Shown: piece by piece, positions 28,694-38,705 of the stretch
Layout of the letters: each line of letters opens with the position of its first letter
How positions within the stretch are numbered: the stretch's first letter is position 1
Assembly: GCA_934486635.1 (NCBI GenBank)
Contig: CAKSPZ010000003.1
Coordinates: forward strand, 117,987 to 181,986
DNA: 64,000 nucleotides
Source of the DNA: an uncultured Eubacteriales bacterium
GTDB taxonomy: Bacteria; Bacillota; Clostridia; Oscillospirales; Acutalibacteraceae
Direction: 5' to 3'
Program-made: the position numbers and the translations under genes
The notes under the pieces: generated by a model
Told to the model about the DNA's origin: nothing
Database searches by the model: none
Seen by the model: only the letters and a program-made list of their open reading frames with translations

Positions 28694-30070
28694 ATGTCGT
28701 CAAAAGTTAAAACAGTATGGATATGTTCTGAATGCGGGTATGAGGCTCCTAAATGGAATGGTCAATGTCCATCTTGTGGGGAATGGAACACATTTGAAGA
28801 AGAATTAAAAAGCAATTTGAAACAAACAAGTACTTTACAAAATACTAAGTTGGGAATATATGAAAAACCTATCTTAATTGGGCAAATAAGTAACCAAGAT
28901 GAATGCAGATATAAAACTGGCATTAATGAACTTGATCGAGTATTGGGAGGTGGAATTGTAAAAGGGTCTTTGGTCCTTTTAGGTGGAGATCCTGGTATTG
29001 GCAAATCTACTATGTTATTACAAGTGTGCCAAAATTTAGGTAAACAATTAAAAATACTTTATGTATCTGGAGAGGAATCAAAAAGGCAACTTAAACTTAG
29101 AGCAGCTAGACTTTCAGTGACAAGTGAGAATTTATATATTATGACGGAAACAGATATAGAAGCTATAAATGAAGAAATACGTCAGAATAAACCGGACGTC
29201 GTTATAATTGATTCAATTCAAACAATGAATCATCGAGAACTAACCTCATCAACAGGAAGTGTAACTCAAGTAAAAGAATGTACAAATTTACTCATGCGAA
29301 CTGCTAAGGAACTCGATATACCTATTGTAATTGTTGGTCATGTAAACAAGGATGGAGGAATTGCAGGACCTAAAGTACTTGAACACATAGTTGATGCCGT
29401 TTTATACTTTGAGGGCGATAAACAAATGTCATACAGAATATTAAGAGGAATAAAAAATAGATATGGTTCTACTAATGAAATAGGTGTTTTTAGTATGGGT
29501 AGAAATGGTTTGGAAGAAGTAGAAAATCCGTCATTAATGTTTCTTTCAGGTCGGCCACACGGAGTTCCTGGAACTTGTGTAGCATGTATAATGGAAGGAA
29601 CCAGACCTATTTTTGCTGAAGTACAGGGACTTGCAGCTACCTCAGGATTTGGCAATCCAAGAAGAATGTCAACAGGTTTTGATTATAATAGAATGTCACT
29701 TATTTTAGCAGTTCTTGAAAAAAGAGCTGGATACTTTTTTTCAAATCTTGATGCATACATAAATGTAATAGGTGGAATTAAATTAGATGAGCCTGCGTCA
29801 GATTTAGCAGTAGCTTTAGCGCTTATATCGAGTCTTAAAAGTACAGCTATATTTGACAATGCTTTAGCTTTTGGAGAGATAGGTTTAGCGGGAGAAATAC
29901 GAGCTGTATCACATGCAGAAGAACGAGTATTTGAAGCACAACGTTTAGGTTTTAAAAAATGTGTATTACCATACCATAATTTGAAAACTATGAACCTATC
30001 AGGTCTTGATAAAAACATAGAGCTGTTTGGAGTTAGAACTATCAGAGAAGCCTTTGAAGTATTATCTTAA
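28694..30070 (+). CDS. radA: DNA repair protein RadA/Sms
   Basis: N-terminal zinc finger CSECGY...CPSCGEW, Walker A GGDPGIGKST, KNRYG motif and Lon-like C-terminal domain. Confidence 0.96.
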   Translation: MSSKVKTVWICSECGYEAPKWNGQCPSCGEWNTFEEELKSNLKQTSTLQNTKLGIYEKPILIGQISNQDECRYKTGINELDRVLGGGIVKGSLVLLGGDPGIGKSTMLLQVCQNLGKQLKILYVSGEESKRQLKLRAARLSVTSENLYIMTETDIEAINEEIRQNKPDVVIIDSIQTMNHRELTSSTGSVTQVKECTNLLMRTAKELDIPIVIVGHVNKDGGIAGPKVLEHIVDAVLYFEGDKQMSYRILRGIKNRYGSTNEIGVFSMGRNGLEEVENPSLMFLSGRPHGVPGTCVACIMEGTRPIFAEVQGLAATSGFGNPRRMSTGFDYNRMSLILAVLEKRAGYFFSNLDAYINVIGGIKLDEPASDLAVALALISSLKSTAIFDNALAFGEIGLAGEIRAVSHAEERVFEAQRLGFKKCVLPYHNLKTMNLSGLDKNIELFGVRTIREAFEVLS

Positions 30071-30080
30071 AAGTATAGTA

Positions 30081-30111
30081 AAAAAAGCCGAGAATTTTTT
30101 CTCGGCTTTTT
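30081..30111. terminator. Bidirectional rho-independent terminator between convergent genes
   Basis: GCCGAG / CTCGGC stem flanked by an A6 run on the left and a T5 run on the right. Confidence 0.75.
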
Positions 30112-30292
30112 AAATAAATAAATTTGAAGATGTAGCATTTTGTTTATTTATTTGTGTAGATTTATTTTCAGTTAATTTAATATAATATACACAAGTTTTA
30201 TTTGAATGATTGTTAATAACACTAGGTGTTTCAAGTACACAAAAACCATCTTTTTGATATACACAGTCATCATCGCATACTATTAAAGACAT
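30110..30292 (-). CDS. Small cysteine-containing hypothetical protein (60 aa)
   Basis: GAGGTGG RBS 4-5 nt before the ATG. MSLIVCDDDCVYQKDGFCVLE...KTCVYY has 4 Cys in a zinc-ribbon-like arrangement. Confidence 0.5.
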   Translation of the reverse strand: MSLIVCDDDCVYQKDGFCVLETPSVINNHSNKTCVYYIKLTENKSTQINKQNATSSNLFI

Positions 30293-30480
30293 ATTACCAC
30301 CTCAACAATAGCATTGATAATATATTTTAATATATTCACAAAAATCACATGAAATATTAGTAAGAAATACTGCCATTACTTTTAATTAATTTAGAAGCAG
30401 TAAAGATATTTTATACAAGGTGGTTTGTAGTAAAATAAAATTACTTTAGTAGTATAAATATTAGTGCTAAGTTTTTTATT

Positions 30481-30528
30481 TCCACCCCTAATTATACAAA
30501 ATATTTATTTTGTATAATTAGGGGTGGA
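30481..30528. repeat. Perfect 48-bp palindrome (23-bp arms, 2-nt centre)
   Basis: TCCACCCCTAATTATACAAAATA-TT-TATTTTGTATAATTAGGGGTGGA, followed by TTTTT on the plus strand. It abuts a weak -35 (TTTTCA 30530-30535) and TATAAT (30553-30558) upstream of the recombinase gene. Confidence 0.9.
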
Positions 30529-30590
30529 TTTTTCAAATAAATAGTTTATAATTATAATATGTGGCAAAATTATTGATCGGAGGAATTTTA

Positions 30591-31565
30591 TTGAAACCTA
30601 ATATTATTTACGAAGCGCCCAAAATCCTTATTGATTTTTTAGGATATATTCAAACAATTAAAGGTAAATCTCCAAAAACTGTAGATGAATATTATCTTGA
30701 TCTTAGAACTTTCTTTAGATATTTAAAAATGTCAAAAGGTCTAGTTGATTCAAAAACAATTTTTGAAGAAATTCCAATATACGATGTAAACATTGAAATG
30801 CTTGAATCTATTACACTTACTGATTTGTATCAGTATTTAAATTATCTATTGATTGAACGTAATAATAACGCTTCTACGCGTTCAAGAAAAATATCAAGTC
30901 TAAAGTCATTTTTTAATTATCTCACTAATAAAACCGGACTGCTAAAAAATGACCCTACAAAAGAACTTGATATGCCTAAAAGAAAATCTTCCTTGCCAAA
31001 GTTTTTAACATTAGAACAAAGCATAGATTTACTCAATAGTGTATCAGGGCCTTACAAAGAACGTGATTATTGCATTATTACTCTTTTTTTAAATTGTGGT
31101 ATGCGTTTATCAGAACTAGTCGGAATTAATTTAAATGACATTCGAAGCGATAATACTTTAAAATTAACCGGTAAAGGTAATAAAGAACGTATTGTTTATT
31201 TGAATGATGCATGTCTTAGAGCTATTGAACGTTATAAAATGGTTCGACCTAATGTAAATATCAAAGACAAAAATGCCTTATTTATTAGTCGGTTTAATAA
31301 AAGAATCAGCCCAAAAACTGTTCAATTTATTGTAAAAAAATATCTTGAATCAATAAACCTTGACAATCAAGGGTATTCTGTTCATAAGTTGCGTCATACC
31401 GCAGCTACTTTAATGTATCAACACGGAAATGTTGATATTAGAATTCTTAAAGATATTTTAGGACATGCAAATCTAGGAACAACAGAAATATATACTCATT
31501 TATCAAGTAAACAATTGCAAAAGGCTGTTTCTTCTAATCCTTTGTCATCTATAAAACAAAAATAA
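30591..31565 (+). CDS. Tyrosine site-specific recombinase, XerC/XerD family
   Basis: N-terminal SAM-like core-binding domain (KSPKTVDEYYLDLRTFFRYL). Catalytic region with R (GMRLSEL), HKLRHTAAT and GHANLGTTEIYTH. TTG 30591 lies 7 nt after GGAGG. The track GTG at 30561 is an alternative start. Confidence 0.85.
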   Translation: MKPNIIYEAPKILIDFLGYIQTIKGKSPKTVDEYYLDLRTFFRYLKMSKGLVDSKTIFEEIPIYDVNIEMLESITLTDLYQYLNYLLIERNNNASTRSRKISSLKSFFNYLTNKTGLLKNDPTKELDMPKRKSSLPKFLTLEQSIDLLNSVSGPYKERDYCIITLFLNCGMRLSELVGINLNDIRSDNTLKLTGKGNKERIVYLNDACLRAIERYKMVRPNVNIKDKNALFISRFNKRISPKTVQFIVKKYLESINLDNQGYSVHKLRHTAATLMYQHGNVDIRILKDILGHANLGTTEIYTHLSSKQLQKAVSSNPLSSIKQK

Positions 31566-31573
31566 TATAATAG

Positions 31574-31606
31574 AAAAAGCTGTCAGATTAACTGACAGCT
31601 TTTTTA
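31574..31606. terminator. Bidirectional terminator hairpin between the recombinase gene and the end of the glycosylation operon
   Basis: AAAAAGCTGTCAG / CTGACAGCTTTTT stem with flanking A and T runs. It overlaps the last codons of the minus-strand gene. Confidence 0.8.
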
Positions 31607-32841
31607 TTGTTTAAGGATTTAGGCTTTTTTAAAACAAAATTTATAAAATTAATAATCGATTCACCTATTAATAACAAGAAAAGAATTGATGCAGATAAAT
31701 TCATCATTAATACGGTTATATTCCATTCTACTTGACCTTTATTATACATCACTTGAAATGGATTTAATATTAGTATGAATAGCATTAAATATATCCAATC
31801 AAATTTATTATGATTTTTTTCATTAAAGAATAAAATCATTCCAATAAACAAATACAAGCCTGTATACTCAGCACTGTTTACCGGTAAGATTACAGCTATC
31901 AATAACAATTGCATTATTTTCTTCCACCATTGTTTTTGAAAAAATGCCATAACCAGTGCTACAACTGATAAAATAATATCTATTTTACTAAATATACCGT
32001 AAATAAAAGTTTTATACTCAACGTTACCAATATGAGATGCCCAAAATCTAAAGTTAAATCGAGGAAAAATACCGTAATTATATGCATTACTATTAAGAGT
32101 TAAGTTTTTTAACCATATTGGTATATTAGAAAAACTACCATTTAATAATACAAATGGGAAAAATGAAAAAATCAAACCATAAATAATAAGTCTAACTGCT
32201 TCTTTGTATTTTTTATCAAATATTAAAAGTATGCCTAATACAGCAGGATAAGCCTTTAATGCTGCTGCTACTGCTAACGCAATAAATGATAACTCTTTTA
32301 TTACTTTATTCTTACTATTATAATTTAATACAAAAAAAGATGTTAATAATGAAGTTAATATAATTGTATTACCACGCTCATATGAAAATATAAATATACT
32401 AGAAAGCATCATTAATGTAGAAATAGCAAATTTATATACTTTTTCACCTTTATATGAGTCAAATAAAAACAAATAAAATATTGCTGAAGATATAAACATG
32501 AAAAAAGCCGAAGAAGCTAATAATAAGTTAGGTGATCCTGCAAATTTTGATAATAAGTAAAAAATAACATATGTTAGAGGTGGATATGCATGTTCATGTG
32601 GTATATTATCCACTTGTCCGAATAGATATGGATTATTTATCATGGAGTACCTTATTACATTATAATAATCTGCCATATAGTCATTTGCTTTCGCAAATAA
32701 TATATTAGCTTGGTTTCCAATACCATCATTAGTAAGACCTACAAGGAATAAAATGAATAAAACTGAAAGTGATACTATAAAAAATTTTTCATATTTATAA
32801 TTTTTAACTAGTGGCGAATTTATCATTGCTATTTTCCTCAC
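31588..32841 (-). CDS. Polytopic GT-C type glycosyltransferase, GT87/DUF2029-like
   Basis: About 11 TM segments. The first outside loop carries NDYMADYYNV...NNPY...HAYPPLTYV, resembling the DUF2029/GT87 (polyprenyl-phosphate-sugar dependent) signature. GTG start overlaps the upstream gene by 38 nt (alternative ATG at 32826). Confidence 0.6.
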   Translation of the reverse strand: MRKIAMINSPLVKNYKYEKFFIVSLSVLFILFLVGLTNDGIGNQANILFAKANDYMADYYNVIRYSMINNPYLFGQVDNIPHEHAYPPLTYVIFYLLSKFAGSPNLLLASSAFFMFISSAIFYLFLFDSYKGEKVYKFAISTLMMLSSIFIFSYERGNTIILTSLLTSFFVLNYNSKNKVIKELSFIALAVAAALKAYPAVLGILLIFDKKYKEAVRLIIYGLIFSFFPFVLLNGSFSNIPIWLKNLTLNSNAYNYGIFPRFNFRFWASHIGNVEYKTFIYGIFSKIDIILSVVALVMAFFQKQWWKKIMQLLLIAVILPVNSAEYTGLYLFIGMILFFNEKNHNKFDWIYLMLFILILNPFQVMYNKGQVEWNITVLMMNLSASILFLLLIGESIINFINFVLKKPKSLNNKKAVS

Positions 32842-33544
32842 TTTTTATAAAATCAAAGCGTAAACATAATAAATAAAAAACATTAACAATATATCCACAT
32901 ATAAATTTAAATAACTTGCGTTTGGATTCTCCAAACATTCTTTTATTAAATTCAATCGGAACTTCTCCAATTTTAAAATCTTTTTTGTTTTTCTTCATTC
33001 GAAGAATGACTTCTTGCAAAACGTCATAATTATTGCGTACTAAATGAACATTTTTTAACTGCTTAGCATCATATAATCGATAACTGGTAGAAATATCGTT
33101 TGCTTTTACACCTATACATACTTTCATTACCGAATTAAGTAATTTCGACATTATAATTGAACTTTTACTATCGTTTGTTTTGCCACCCTTAGTATACCTG
33201 GAACCAATTACAAGGTCATAATTTCCTTCATTAAATTTTTTATGAATAGCAGGTATATCAGCAGGATTGTGAGAGCCATCTGAATCTAGAACTTGTATTT
33301 TTTCTTTTGTTGCATATTTTATTCCAGTTCTAAATGCGCCGGCATAATACGGTTCTTCTTGAGGTATATATTTAACACCGAAATTCATGCAAACTTCTTT
33401 AGTATCATCAGTTGGCTTTTCTGAATCGATAACCAGTATTTCGTATTCTTCATTCATTTCTTCAAAAACTTTTTTTATCTGTGGTAATAATATTTTTAAA
33501 TTTTCTGCTTCTTTATAAGATAATAAAACTACACTTGTAGACAT
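32804..33544 (-). CDS. GT2 polyprenyl-phosphate glycosyl synthase (Dpm1/GtrB-like)
   Basis: VVLLSYKEAENL, VIDSEKPTDDT, LDSDGSHNP (DxD), DLVIGSRY, DISTSYRLY and PIEFNKRMFGESK motifs. One C-terminal TM. ATG 33544 is preceded by AAGGGG. Confidence 0.8.
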   Translation of the reverse strand: MSTSVVLLSYKEAENLKILLPQIKKVFEEMNEEYEILVIDSEKPTDDTKEVCMNFGVKYIPQEEPYYAGAFRTGIKYATKEKIQVLDSDGSHNPADIPAIHKKFNEGNYDLVIGSRYTKGGKTNDSKSSIIMSKLLNSVMKVCIGVKANDISTSYRLYDAKQLKNVHLVRNNYDVLQEVILRMKKNKKDFKIGEVPIEFNKRMFGESKRKLFKFICGYIVNVFYLLCLRFDFIKSEENSNDKFATS

Positions 33545-33577
33545 ATATTTTCCCCTTTTCACCATTAACAATAAAAG

Positions 33578-34525
33578 CTAAACTACATTTCTCCAATATT
33601 CAAGAACATCATTTATTGTATCTTCTATATTATTCTTTATCTCCCAGCCAGTAATTTGTTTTAATTCTTTTACGTCTGCTTCTATATTTGGGATATCTGA
33701 TGGCCTAAACTTTTTATGGTCTATTTCTACAGTTATATTTTGTCGCGCTTTAGATAAAATTAATGACAAAACATCTTTTATCAAAATAGATTTTCCACTT
33801 CCAACATTATAGGTTTTTCCGCTTTCACCTTTTAAAATTAAAAGTTCATAAGCATTAACAATATCTCTAACGTCTGTAAAATCACGCTTAACATTCAAGT
33901 TTCCCACATAAATAATAGGCTCTTTATTATATTTTTCTATTTCAGCAACTTGTTTACAAAAATCAGATATAACAAATAACTCACTTTGGCGAGGACCAAT
34001 ATGATTAAATGCTCGTACATTCATTACATCAAGATTATAAGCTTTAGCATACACTGTGCTTAACATATTCTGACAAACCTTGGTAACAGCATAAATGTTT
34101 CCTGGACGGACATTGTTTGATTCCGATATAGGAATTTCATCAGCAGTAACATAACCATATTCTTCTCCTGAACCAATCATTAAAACACGCGGCAATGGAG
34201 AATAGTTGATTTCTCGTAAACTTTCTAGCAAGTTTAGGCTCCCTTTTATATTAATATCAACTGTTAATGAGGGATTTTTCCAAGAAAGTGCTACTGAACT
34301 TTGTGCTGCTAAATGAAAAATATAATTTGGTTTTTCTTTTTCTAAAATTGAAAGTATATCATCTTTATTTAAAATATTTAAATCATATACGGTTATATCG
34401 TTATAATTAATCGTTTCATTAGGCAATTTAGTTGCTACTATTTCATAGTTATTTGTTGACTGTAAATGTTCTATTAAATATCCACCTACAAAGCCACAAG
34501 CTCCTATTATTAATGCTTTTTTCAT
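33578..34525 (-). CDS. GDP-4-keto-6-deoxy-D-mannose reductase-like SDR (Rmd-like)
   Basis: GACGFVGGYL Rossmann motif, YAVTKV catalytic YxxxK, GNLNVKRDFTDVRD. Lies immediately downstream of gmd. The stereochemistry of the product cannot be told from sequence. Confidence 0.65.
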   Translation of the reverse strand: MKKALIIGACGFVGGYLIEHLQSTNNYEIVATKLPNETINYNDITVYDLNILNKDDILSILEKEKPNYIFHLAAQSSVALSWKNPSLTVDINIKGSLNLLESLREINYSPLPRVLMIGSGEEYGYVTADEIPISESNNVRPGNIYAVTKVCQNMLSTVYAKAYNLDVMNVRAFNHIGPRQSELFVISDFCKQVAEIEKYNKEPIIYVGNLNVKRDFTDVRDIVNAYELLILKGESGKTYNVGSGKSILIKDVLSLILSKARQNITVEIDHKKFRPSDIPNIEADVKELKQITGWEIKNNIEDTINDVLEYWRNVV

Positions 34526-34526
34526 G

Positions 34527-35561
34527 TTAGTTCAATCCTTTAACTTGTATTTCTTTTTCAACAAGTTTCATGTCATTTTGAACCATTCTTTCTACTAATT
34601 TTTCAAATGAAACTTGTCGTGTCCAACCAAGTTTTTTCTCTGCTTTAGAGGCATCTCCAATTAGCAATTCTACTTCTGCGGGTCTAAAATATAAAGGATT
34701 TATTTTAACAACAGTTTTTCCATTGTCTTTATTAACTCCTATTTCATCTATTCCTGAACCCTTCCATTCAATATTTATACCAGCAATTGAAAATGCTTTT
34801 TCTACAAATTCTCTAACAGTTCTAGTTTCGTTTGTAGCAATAACATAATCATCTGGTGTTTCTTGTTGTAGTATTAACCACATTGCATTAACGTAATCTT
34901 TAGAATGACCCCAATCACGTTTTGCATCTAAGTTTCCAAGTTCTACACATTCTTGTAATCCAAATTTTATGCGAGCAGCAGCATCTGTAATTTTTCTAGT
35001 TACAAATTCTTTGCCACGTCTTTCTGATTCATGATTAAACAATATTCCTGAACATGCAAACATGTTAAAACTTTCCCTATAATTCTTAGTGATCCAGTGT
35101 CCATAAAGTTTAGCTACTCCATATGGGCTTCTTGGATAAAATGGTGTAGTTTCTTTTTGTGGAATTTCTTGTACTAAACCAAACATTTCACTAGTTGAAG
35201 CTTGATAAAAACGAGCTGTTGGTTTTACAATCTTTATTGCTTCTAACATATTTGTTACGCCAATTGCATCTATTTCAGCGGTAGCTAATGGTTGTTCCCA
35301 GCTAGTTCCTACAAATGATTGTGCTGCTAAATTATAAACTTCATCTGCTTGAGAAATTCTCATTGCATTTATTAATGATGTTAAATCTGTCATATCTGCA
35401 TATATAAATTTTATTTTATCTTTTATATGCTTAACATTTCCATAGTCCACAACGCTCTTTCTGCGCATTATACCGTATACTTCATATCCTTTTTCAAGTA
35501 ATAATTCTGCTAAATATGAACCATCTTGTCCAGTTATTCCTGTTATAAGTGCTTTTTTCAT
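34527..35561 (-). CDS. gmd: GDP-mannose 4,6-dehydratase
   Basis: [34 protein letters not shown] is the canonical Gmd N-terminus. SPYGVAKLY and [10 protein letters not shown] motifs. Confidence 0.95.
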   Translation of the reverse strand: MKKALITGITGQDGSYLAELLLEKGYEVYGIMRRKSVVDYGNVKHIKDKIKFIYADMTDLTSLINAMRISQADEVYNLAAQSFVGTSWEQPLATAEIDAIGVTNMLEAIKIVKPTARFYQASTSEMFGLVQEIPQKETTPFYPRSPYGVAKLYGHWITKNYRESFNMFACSGILFNHESERRGKEFVTRKITDAAARIKFGLQECVELGNLDAKRDWGHSKDYVNAMWLILQQETPDDYVIATNETRTVREFVEKAFSIAGINIEWKGSGIDEIGVNKDNGKTVVKINPLYFRPAEVELLIGDASKAEKKLGWTRQVSFEKLVERMVQNDMKLVEKEIQVKGLN

Positions 35562-35582
35562 TTTTAAATTCTCCTTAATTTT

Positions 35583-37544
35583 TTATTTAATAATATTTTT
35601 AAAATATCCATATGTGTATCCCATAAAATTAAATTCTTTTATAAGTTTAAATTTATCTGAGACTAATGAATATTCATCATTACCAACAAAAATATTTTCT
35701 CTTTTTTCTATATCAGACTTAACTACAGATAATATTTCTTCTTGTTTTCCTCCTGTTGATAAATCTGCAAAGTCCCTCATATGATACTGAGGATCCCATC
35801 CAAGCATTCCATAAATATCGGCTGCTCCAATGCCAATTGCGTAAGTATCTTTTGGAACAACTTTTTCAACTTCTTTTGAAAAATTGTATAAACTAGAAAT
35901 ACTATAGTCGCCTCTTTCAAAGCGTTCTTTCGCCTTTGGCAACGTATATGAACTAAGTATTACAATAATAGTTAAAACGCTAGTACAACTTAATCCAATA
36001 GCAATTTTTACAATATTATATAAAGAACTTTTATGTTTATAAAAAAGTCTTTGCAATGGTTTAACTGAAGCATCTGCTAATATGCTGTTACACATAATTG
36101 CTTGTAAATATGTGGGTGAAACCCCAGCCAATGTACGATTTATAAAAAATGATAACATAGCTAATCCCATTAAACTTATAGCTACAATAGTACATTCAAA
36201 AGAATGACTATTTTCATTACCTTTGCAATAAAATATTTTAGATATTGCCCCAAATATACAGCAGAGAAAAATTACTATAAGGTAAACATAATACATGTTT
36301 CCAAAGTTTAATTTTGTCAATAGTATATCTGTAAAACCAGTGTATAAAGGAAAGAAAAAAGATTTAATTTCAACTTTGCCGCCAACACATAAATTATAAA
36401 TATTCATTAAAACAATCGCCAATGCAATTTCCATAAAAATTGTGATTAAATGTAAAATTATTAACTTAAAAAGTCTTTTTATTGAAAATCCATTTTGTTT
36501 TATATAATGTAAAGAACAAAAACTTGACCATACAATTGCTACAAATATTCCTGTTTCTGTTTCCCATAGGATAGATAAACTACAAATAAAAAAACCTATT
36601 AAATAGAACTTTAAATTACTAATATCAGCTTGTTTTTTTTCATAAACTGCTGCAAGAAATAAAATAATTGATGGAAAAAACCACCTTATAGGCATAGTTT
36701 GCCAGTATGTCATTAAAATAACATTCGTAAAAAATGCCAAAGAAATAGCAGATAAAAATTTAATTACATTAGATCTAACGATAAGGTGTATTGTCAAACA
36801 AGACAACATGCAAGTTAAAAAACCAATAATACCAATAATCATTGCAATTGAAACAGGATTTGCCCCCAAAATACTGGTTAAAGGTTTAAGAAAAAGTGCA
36901 TAATGACCATAAATTCCAGAGGTAAGTTCATTAAAAGGTGTATTATAATGAACATTATATATACTTTGAACAACTGCATTACAATGATGAAAAGAATATC
37001 CCGTCGTGAAAGTATTAATCATCATATATTTTACAGCATTTAAAAAGCTAACCATAATATATAAAGGAATTAAAAAATAGCCTTTACTATTAGAGATTTT
37101 TTCCTTTGACAAAATACATAATATTAAAATAAAGCAAAATACTACTAATGGAATTGAAAACCATTTTGGAAATTCTTTTGCAAAACCTGCAAAATTATCT
37201 TCCTTATACATAATAAGGTCAAACAGCAACCCTGCAAAAATTATTAGCAAGGATGTTAATAATAAGAAACTTAATTTAGGTGAAAGTAAACATGCTTTAA
37301 AATTCATTTTCATAATTTTTTTTCTAAAACAAAAACATAATAAAAGAAATAATATTAAACAAATGCTTATTGTTGTTATATAAGCAAGAAGATTTTTATG
37401 GTTTTGAGAACTAAAACAATAAAGTATGTCTCCAGGTTGAGAAATGGTAACTTGCCATAAAAATAACATTCCGATAAATGTAGATATTATACCACAAAGC
37501 AAAAAAACGAAGTTTTTATCAATATACAATTTGTAGTCCTTCAT
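35583..37544 (-). CDS. Large polytopic membrane protein (653 aa, about 14 TM plus a C-terminal ~120-aa soluble domain), unknown family
   Basis: AAGGAG RBS. The hydrophobic segment pattern is seen by eye. No recognised catalytic motif. Embedded between manC and gmd. Confidence 0.6.
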   Translation of the reverse strand: MKDYKLYIDKNFVFLLCGIISTFIGMLFLWQVTISQPGDILYCFSSQNHKNLLAYITTISICLILFLLLCFCFRKKIMKMNFKACLLSPKLSFLLLTSLLIIFAGLLFDLIMYKEDNFAGFAKEFPKWFSIPLVVFCFILILCILSKEKISNSKGYFLIPLYIMVSFLNAVKYMMINTFTTGYSFHHCNAVVQSIYNVHYNTPFNELTSGIYGHYALFLKPLTSILGANPVSIAMIIGIIGFLTCMLSCLTIHLIVRSNVIKFLSAISLAFFTNVILMTYWQTMPIRWFFPSIILFLAAVYEKKQADISNLKFYLIGFFICSLSILWETETGIFVAIVWSSFCSLHYIKQNGFSIKRLFKLIILHLITIFMEIALAIVLMNIYNLCVGGKVEIKSFFFPLYTGFTDILLTKLNFGNMYYVYLIVIFLCCIFGAISKIFYCKGNENSHSFECTIVAISLMGLAMLSFFINRTLAGVSPTYLQAIMCNSILADASVKPLQRLFYKHKSSLYNIVKIAIGLSCTSVLTIIVILSSYTLPKAKERFERGDYSISSLYNFSKEVEKVVPKDTYAIGIGAADIYGMLGWDPQYHMRDFADLSTGGKQEEILSVVKSDIEKRENIFVGNDEYSLVSDKFKLIKEFNFMGYTYGYFKNIIK

Positions 37545-37573
37545 TGTGTCAATTCTCCTTAATTTTTTTGTAT

Positions 37574-38653
37574 TTATATATATTCCTTTCTATTGCAGAT
37601 TTTAAGATTTTCAATAACCTTTTTTATTTTTCCAGCATCGTCCTTGTTACAAATCAAAGTAGCATCATTTGTATCCACGACTATTAAATCTTCTACGCCA
37701 ACGACGGCTATTAATTTTTTTTCACCTTGTACAATACTGTTTTGAGTATCTATTGTTATAACATTACCATTTACTACATTGTTATAATCATCTGTTTTGT
37801 TTATTCTTTCTATAGCTAACCAAGATCCTACATCGTCCCAACCAAATGTTCCAGGAATAACAAATATATCCTTAGCTTTTTCCAATATTCCATAATCAAT
37901 AGAAATAGATTCAAATTGACTAAATGTATCTTGTAAAACTTTATCATATTCTTCAGTATTATGACACGACACTATAGAAACAGCACCTTCATAAATTTTA
38001 GGTAAATTAATTTTAAAGTTTTCAAGAATGGAAGAAACTTTCCAGACAAACATGCCACTATTCCATAAATAAACTCCTGATGATAAATATTCTTTAGCTT
38101 TTTCTATGTTAGGTTTTTCTACAAATCTATCAACTTTAAAAGCATTGCTATTTCCAAAAGTTTCTCTTTTATTATTAAATTTTATATACCCATATCCTGT
38201 TTCCGGATGTGTAGGAGTTATTCCTATAGTTACCAAATTTTTATCAGACTCAGCTACTTTGCATGCATCATTTAATGCATATACGTACATTTCATTATTT
38301 TTTATTAAATGATCTGACGGCAAAACAACCATAATCGCATCATTATATTTGTTTTGAATATAAGCAGCAGCCATAGCTATACACGGCGCAGTATTTCTAG
38401 ATAATGGCTCACACAATATATTTTCCTTAGGAATATTAGGTAATTGTTGTAAGACTAAATCAATATATTCTTTATTTGTAGATATATAAATATCTTTTAT
38501 ATCTACAATGGGTAAAATTCTATTTACAGTGTGTTGTATCATAGTGATTCCGTCATTTGTTAATGATAAAAATTGTTTTGGTAGATTTTTTCTGCTTCTT
38601 GGCCAAAAACGCTCTCCTCGTCCTCCAGCCATAATTAATGCAGTTTTTTTCAT
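37574..38653 (-). CDS. manC: Mannose-1-phosphate guanylyltransferase (short form, no PMI domain)
   Basis: LIMAGGRGERFWPRSRKNLPKQF nucleotidyltransferase N-terminus. GYGYI and the WNSGMFVW motif. Confidence 0.88.
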   Translation of the reverse strand: MKKTALIMAGGRGERFWPRSRKNLPKQFLSLTNDGITMIQHTVNRILPIVDIKDIYISTNKEYIDLVLQQLPNIPKENILCEPLSRNTAPCIAMAAAYIQNKYNDAIMVVLPSDHLIKNNEMYVYALNDACKVAESDKNLVTIGITPTHPETGYGYIKFNNKRETFGNSNAFKVDRFVEKPNIEKAKEYLSSGVYLWNSGMFVWKVSSILENFKINLPKIYEGAVSIVSCHNTEEYDKVLQDTFSQFESISIDYGILEKAKDIFVIPGTFGWDDVGSWLAIERINKTDDYNNVVNGNVITIDTQNSIVQGEKKLIAVVGVEDLIVVDTNDATLICNKDDAGKIKKVIENLKICNRKEYI

Positions 38654-38705
38654 AACGTTAGTCTCCTTTTTGTATTAAATAATAAAAAGTAAAACACTAC
38701 TCGAT

